From Flavobacteriales bacterium (GTDB taxonomy: Bacteria; Bacteroidota; Bacteroidia; Flavobacteriales; Schleiferiaceae), in NCBI GenBank assembly GCA_017795025.1, contig CP051243.1, positions 2,316,897 through 2,380,896 on the forward strand: a stretch of DNA of 64,000 nt, in the 5' to 3' direction. Below the pieces are notes generated by a model. The model did no database searches, was not told the DNA's origin, and was given only the letters and a program-made list of their open reading frames with translations. Of the stretch, positions 59,317 to 64,000 are shown piece after piece (positions within the stretch are counted from its first letter, which is position 1; each line of letters starts with the position of its first letter). The translations under genes and the position numbers were made by a program.

Positions 59317-59400
59317 GCACACGGTCAAGTCAAGACTGCTCTTTTCTTGACTTTTGAAATCAGGCTACACCATAAGAATAGACAGTGCAAATTGAGCTAA

Positions 59401-60456
59401 CTAGAGCTTTATAAGCTTACCGCTGCTTAAACCGCCGTATACCGAAATGCGGTAAATATAAGTGCCGCTGGCTAGGGAGCTCAGGTCGAACTGCTCTCCC
59501 GAGCTTAATCTTTGCCGATGCATCAAGCGACCGCGTAAGTCGTAAATCTCTAAACTTATGGGCGCGGGAATTTGCGAAAACACCTTATACACCCCAGTAC
59601 TAGGATTGGGGTATACAAAAACCCCAAAGGGATTATCCTCGGGGTTTGCGGCCTTACCGGGAACACCAGGCTCACCGCTTCCTAAATCGTAATAATTGCT
59701 TAGTTCCTCTTTTTGAAGAATGCGCTCCATTAAAATGGCCCTCCCGTTTTCAACTTTAAAGACCAAAAGGGAGCTGGGATAGGTTTCCCCATCGGGACCA
59801 ATGCCGAGGTAAATGTACTCCCCCTCGATGGCAATGCCGTAAATATTTCGCGGATCAAAACGGCAGTCCATGCGGTATTTATGTAGAATTTCACCATCGC
59901 GGTCGACCACCGTAAACTGGTCTACATTATCGCCATCACTTGAAGAAGCAAACCAGGCTCTTCTTGCCGCATCCACTGCAATATCGGCGGTTCGAACTTC
60001 AAAATTGAAGCCGATAAAATGGGAGGAAAAACCATCGTAATAATAGATGCGGGCTAAACCCTGCTGACTGGTGAGAAAGTAAAAATCGAAGTTGGCCGCT
60101 CCAATGCCAATAATATTCCCTTCAAAGTCGCCCAGGAAGCGGGAACGCCAGTTTTGACCATCCCAAAACTCGAAGGTATTGGCGTAAAAATTATGGATGA
60201 AATAGGTCTTAAGGATTGTGTCGCCTGCCAAACGAACCTTGCCGGTAGTAAGGCTGTGATAGTCGAAGGAAAATTGCGTTTCCGGCGCAAAGGACGACCG
60301 CCAATCTATTTTCCAGGCCGCCAATTTCCCATTTTGCATGCTAAGCAAGCATTGGGAGCAATCGAGCAGGTTTACTTCCACTTGAGCACGCATCAAGCCA
60401 AGGGAGCTAAGCCAAGTAAACAGCGAAAGCAGGAAGCACTTTTGTAGCGTGCGCAT
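59401..60456 (-). CDS. Small T9SS type A substrate with a propeller-like body
   Basis: Signal peptide; C-terminal VYPNPSTG...IYDLRGR...GTYIYRI. Confidence 0.8.
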   Translation of the reverse strand: MRTLQKCFLLSLFTWLSSLGLMRAQVEVNLLDCSQCLLSMQNGKLAAWKIDWRSSFAPETQFSFDYHSLTTGKVRLAGDTILKTYFIHNFYANTFEFWDGQNWRSRFLGDFEGNIIGIGAANFDFYFLTSQQGLARIYYYDGFSSHFIGFNFEVRTADIAVDAARRAWFASSSDGDNVDQFTVVDRDGEILHKYRMDCRFDPRNIYGIAIEGEYIYLGIGPDGETYPSSLLVFKVENGRAILMERILQKEELSNYYDLGSGEPGVPGKAANPEDNPFGVFVYPNPSTGVYKVFSQIPAPISLEIYDLRGRLMHRQRLSSGEQFDLSSLASGTYIYRISVYGGLSSGKLIKL

Positions 60457-60711
60457 CAGGTAGAGATTCGAATTGGAGTAAGCTTAGGCCAAAATATTCA
60501 ATTTAATGCGATTCTGGACTGGAAGATTAAAACCTATGTGACAATCACTTTCCCTATAGAACCAGGTGGGATTCAATGAAAAGTGAAGGACGGATATCCA
60601 AAAACGGCCTTAGCTGCGTATCTCTCGGAACTAGTAGATAGCCTCGATAGGCAGTCTATGGTTATTAACGGCAGTTGACCCTTTCTTTAATTGCCAGAGC
60701 AGGACAATAAT

Positions 60712-60745
60712 TGTACATTTACAACTAAGTCGGTGTAAAATTACA
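60712..60745. promoter_or_regulatory. Tandem palindromic operators TGTA-N4-TACA upstream of the Xre/RES TA operon
   Basis: TGTACATTTACA (60712-60723) and TGTAAAATTACA (60734-60745), 22 bp apart, ending 3 bp before the ATG. Confidence 0.6.
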
Positions 60746-60748
60746 ATC

Positions 60749-61240
60749 ATGACAGAAAGATTACTAGGAGGCAAAAGACGGGGGGCTAAAAGTGGTGATG
60801 CTCCTAAAGCAGGGAACATAAAGCGTCCTGAAAAGTTTTCTCCGGCTTGGGTGGTGGTCCATTCCAAGGATGCACCAGGATATAAGTTAGAGTTAATTAA
60901 GCGCATTCGTAGAGGTGTTAAAAAATCAGACTGGAAAGACTTAATCCTTAAAATTGGTCATTCCGAAAAAGACTTAGAATCTCTGCTCCCTTCCTCCATT
61001 AGCAGTATGCAGAAGAAATCGGTTTACGGAAAGGAAACGTCTGAGCGAATTTACGAGTTAGCCCAGCTCTATAGTTTGGGATACGCGGTTTTTGATTCTG
61101 AACAAAGCTTCAAACAATGGCTTCAGTCGCCCTCTAAAACTTTGGGGGGTAAAAAGCCCTTTGACTTACTGGACAGCAGCTTTGGCTTTCAAGTGGTTGA
61201 AAACGAGATTGTGCGCATTCAGTATAATGTTTACAGTTAA
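60749..61240 (+). CDS. Xre/MbcA/ParS-type antitoxin
   Basis: SERIYELAQLY..G..VF......QWLQSP...LGG..P..LL...FG...V.....RI (DUF2384 C-terminus). Confidence 0.9.
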   Translation: MTERLLGGKRRGAKSGDAPKAGNIKRPEKFSPAWVVVHSKDAPGYKLELIKRIRRGVKKSDWKDLILKIGHSEKDLESLLPSSISSMQKKSVYGKETSERIYELAQLYSLGYAVFDSEQSFKQWLQSPSKTLGGKKPFDLLDSSFGFQVVENEIVRIQYNVYS

Positions 61241-61707
61241 TGTTTTTATATCGCCTTGCCCACGCAAAGTATAAAGACGCCACCCTATCGGGCCTAGGTG
61301 CCGAAAAGGTGGGAGGCCGATGGAACGAAGTAGGCACTAGGGCCGTTTACTGTTCCGAGAATATCGCTTTAGCGCTATTGGAATATTATGTGCATTCGGA
61401 AAACATCGCCAGCCTACCTAAGAATATTCTGCTAGCCAAGATTGAAGTACCAGAGCCAATTAAAATTGAAACTTTAGAGGTTTTACCGGAAAAATGGGCG
61501 CAGTACCCCTACTCCCCGCAAACCACCTCCGTTTTTACACAATTAGCAAAAAGTCGCGATTTTTTCGCCCTTAAGGTGCCATCAACCATCGTAGGATTGG
61601 AATATAATTACATTTTAAATCCTCTATATAAAGACTTTGGGAAGGTGCGGGTGAGCGGGTTTTTTGAATTACCGATAGATCCGAGGTTAAGGGAAAGTGA
61701 AAGGTGA
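61240..61707 (+). CDS. RES-domain toxin (NAD+-consuming)
   Basis: LYRL, GGRWN..G..AVY.SE..ALA.LE, VPS..V..E.NYILNP; the start overlaps the antitoxin stop. Confidence 0.92.
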   Translation: MFLYRLAHAKYKDATLSGLGAEKVGGRWNEVGTRAVYCSENIALALLEYYVHSENIASLPKNILLAKIEVPEPIKIETLEVLPEKWAQYPYSPQTTSVFTQLAKSRDFFALKVPSTIVGLEYNYILNPLYKDFGKVRVSGFFELPIDPRLRESER

Positions 61708-61842
61708 TTCTTTGTTTATAAGACAAACCCCTTCCTATTGTACCTCGTTGAGTTCCTTTTAGAAGTTCCCGAAGCGCCGCGAATAAGCTTCCATTCCTTT
61801 TCTCAGAATTAAGCATCTTTGCCGCTGGCAAGCCCCTGATTT

Positions 61843-63282
61843 ATGAAATTCCAAGCGGGAATACTGGGACTGATTGGTCTAATGATCTTCAGTCTTTTTT
61901 TCTTCAATTTTAGTCTTTGGCATTTTCCGGAACTCAATTCGGACCATGCCCTGCACATTCTGATGGCCGAAGACTTCCACTTTGGGAAAGATTGGTATTA
62001 CTGGGGACAGAATCGCTTGGGCAGCTTTTTACCTTTTATCGCTCATCTCCTTACCTATTTGGGTTTATCGGCCTTTAATGCGGTGGGCATTGCTCAATTG
62101 CTCTTACTTGCCGGTAGCCTCACCGCCTTGCGCGTGCTGATAAAAAATCCTTGGTGGTTTTTAGCGGGCGCTGCGGTGCTAGCCTTACCCATCTACCCTT
62201 TCTGGATGCAGCTTAGTCCGGGGCATCCCTATTTAACGCAAAGCTTCTTTTTACTCCTTTTCCTAGCCCTGCTTTACGCAGATGGAATCTCCGCTCAGCG
62301 CAAGGCTTGGTTTTTACCCTTTATCTTCTTTTTGGCCCTTTGGTCATCCGAAACCTCAGTGGCTTTTTTAGGCGCCTTGCTCTTGGTTTATTTAAAAGAT
62401 ATTCTGCCAGCGGTAAAAAAACATTGGCTGGGACTGAGCCTCTCCAGCTTAGTAGGGGTGCTTTTTATCTTGGTGATTAAAAACCAAGCCACCAAAGTGG
62501 CCGGATATCATCAGCTTTTTGCCGCCCCCGATCAGGTTTGGTTGTCTTTGCAAAAGCACCTTAAGGAGTTCGACAGCCTTCTCCGCTTTAGCGCCAATAA
62601 ACCCTTTAATGCCCGTTTGTTTTACTTTTTCACTTTGCTATTACTGCTCAACCTGGGCTTGGGGATGACTCGCAAAACCAGACCGAGTAAAATCAGCTTG
62701 GTATTTCTCCTAACCGGGGTGTTCAGCTATTTCCTAATTCACCTTTCGGGCTGGAATGCCCAAATGGGTATGCCCTTTCGCTATTATACCTTTTCGTGGA
62801 TATTCTTCGCTTTGGGACTTCTACTTTGGTCGGAAGCCCAAATCCCTAAGTTTTTTCGCATTCCCCTAAGTATCGGCCTAATCGCCAGTATTGGCTATGC
62901 CGCCTGGTATTTCAATAGTGCTTTCGAAACTGGCAGCGAAGGGCGAATCCGTCGTCAGGAAGCCGAAATGCTCATCAGTGAAATTGAAAAGGAAGTAGGA
63001 GACCTTAATCTGGTATCGGTAATTGGTACTTATTGGAACAGTCACCTCATCGATGCTCTTTCGCCCGAAATTACGGCCATTCCGCACCAAGGGGAACAAT
63101 TACGTCAGGGCCGCCTTATTGCCAAAAACCAGGCGCGTAGTCGCTTTCTCCTCATTCGCAATGGTTGGCTCGATAGCTTCCCCGATCAAATAGAGCAATG
63201 GGGCATGCTGCTGCAGATGGACAGTCAGCCGGTGAAGTATGGTGAATTGGAGTATTGTTGGTATCGACGTATCGAGGACTAG
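61843..63282 (+). CDS. Polytopic membrane protein, possible GT-C glycosyltransferase
   Basis: About 10-11 TM segments; first loop NSDHA..ILMA and YYWGQNRLG, then a soluble C-terminal domain. Confidence 0.55.
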   Translation: MKFQAGILGLIGLMIFSLFFFNFSLWHFPELNSDHALHILMAEDFHFGKDWYYWGQNRLGSFLPFIAHLLTYLGLSAFNAVGIAQLLLLAGSLTALRVLIKNPWWFLAGAAVLALPIYPFWMQLSPGHPYLTQSFFLLLFLALLYADGISAQRKAWFLPFIFFLALWSSETSVAFLGALLLVYLKDILPAVKKHWLGLSLSSLVGVLFILVIKNQATKVAGYHQLFAAPDQVWLSLQKHLKEFDSLLRFSANKPFNARLFYFFTLLLLLNLGLGMTRKTRPSKISLVFLLTGVFSYFLIHLSGWNAQMGMPFRYYTFSWIFFALGLLLWSEAQIPKFFRIPLSIGLIASIGYAAWYFNSAFETGSEGRIRRQEAEMLISEIEKEVGDLNLVSVIGTYWNSHLIDALSPEITAIPHQGEQLRQGRLIAKNQARSRFLLIRNGWLDSFPDQIEQWGMLLQMDSQPVKYGELEYCWYRRIED

Positions 63283-63285
63283 GGC

Positions 63286-63609
63286 CTAAGAGCTACGCCA
63301 TTTTTCCATTTCCCGTTTGTTGGGAAGCCATAACCACAAGGCGATAATCCCTAAGCCGAAGAAACCCAAAATAATCAGCATCCAGGTTTTATCGCGCTTG
63401 GCATTATTGGCTATTGGTAGTCTTTGCCAAGTATACCAAATACATACTGCTGTTAGGATGTTACCGTATAAATAAAGGAGCATACTTAAGATCTGCCCAT
63501 ATTCACTGTAAGCTATTTCCTTCTCAAAAAATAGGGCTCCCAACCACCATAGTTGAAATACGGTAAGTAGGATTAAAAGGACTTTTAGTATGAATAGACT
63601 GTGCTTCAT
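63286..63609 (-). CDS. Small membrane protein (three hydrophobic helices)
   Basis: 107-aa ORF with three TM-like stretches; K.TWMLIIL...IIALWLWLP ending. Confidence 0.6.
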   Translation of the reverse strand: MKHSLFILKVLLILLTVFQLWWLGALFFEKEIAYSEYGQILSMLLYLYGNILTAVCIWYTWQRLPIANNAKRDKTWMLIILGFFGLGIIALWLWLPNKREMEKWRSS

Positions 63610-63802
63610 AGTTTAATGGTAGGGCGGTTTCCAAAGACAAGATCCATAAATCGAAACTCTTTTTCGATAAACGGTCGTTTATCTTCGATTAATGGTTTTT
63701 CCATAAAATTCCGATGCTCCAGGGGGGATATAAGTGGCGGAAGAGAGCACCTAGACACCTAATGAAGGGTGTGCCGAATTTTGGGTATCTGCAAAAGCCT
63801 GA

Positions 63803-64000
63803 CTAAAAAATGGTATCTGACATAATCCACCCCAAATAACCTATTGCACCCTCAAAGTCTGAACTAGTTGTTTCATCTGGATCAAAAAACGCACCTTGCG
63901 CCTCGTTCAATGGATACTGCGTCTTTATTAATAAATCAAAAAGCTGTTCGGAGTAGGTATCTACAATTACGTAATAGGGTTTTCGCATATAAACATGGCA
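63803..64000 (-). CDS. 3' end of a gene cut by the window edge, possibly DUF4249-family
   Basis: The frame is open to base 64000; the C-terminal FFDP...SSDFEGAIGYLG resembles DUF4249 endings. Confidence 0.4.
   Translation of the reverse strand, partial: CHVYMRKPYYVIVDTYSEQLFDLLIKTQYPLNEAQGAFFDPDETTSSDFEGAIGYLGWIMSDTIF

Noticed and set aside
60541-60690. Short open frames upstream of the TA module as a gene remnant
   Set aside because: Frames are under 35 codons with no recognisable motif, so there is not enough support.
63608-63660. TAGTTTAATGGTAGGGC resembling a tRNA D-arm
   Set aside because: No acceptor stem, anticodon arm or GTTCGA T-loop follows.

Overview
Chromosomal window from a Bacteroidota (Flavobacteriales-like) bacterium, judged from type IX secretion (T9SS) cargo genes, a PorP/SprF gene, Bacteroidota-type SdhA and TAnnTTTG promoter elements. 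Core-like genes include ComF, a large outer-membrane protein, exodeoxyribonuclease III, a nitrilase-family amidase, a ViaA-like VWA protein, a FecA-like TonB-dependent receptor, several T9SS substrates (one of 2394 aa with its PorP/SprF partner), CIA30, and ppc-sdhA-sdhB without sdhC. There are three accessory layers. (1) A family of nested non-coding palindromic repeats (5 composite copies plus an inverted REP pair, at 15.1-23.5 kb and 43-44.7 kb) that separates accessory genes. (2) An AT-rich defence island at about 24.3-32.8 kb: HNH-HIT fusion, DUF3800, DUF262+HEPN, PIN-coiled-coil-2TM, and an EcoRII-like R-M pair. In it the DUF3800 gene is bounded by complementary ends and followed by an attC-like hairpin, so it looks like an integron-type cassette with no integrase in the window. 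(3) Toxin-antitoxin loci: MNT with a decayed HEPN partner, and Xre/RES. Also seen: one well-supported and one weaker candidate sRNA at 7.3-7.5 kb, several phased operator arrays, and an atypical kinase-like ORF. No rRNA, tRNA, CRISPR array or transposase was found. All calls come from reading motifs by eye; no database search was run.
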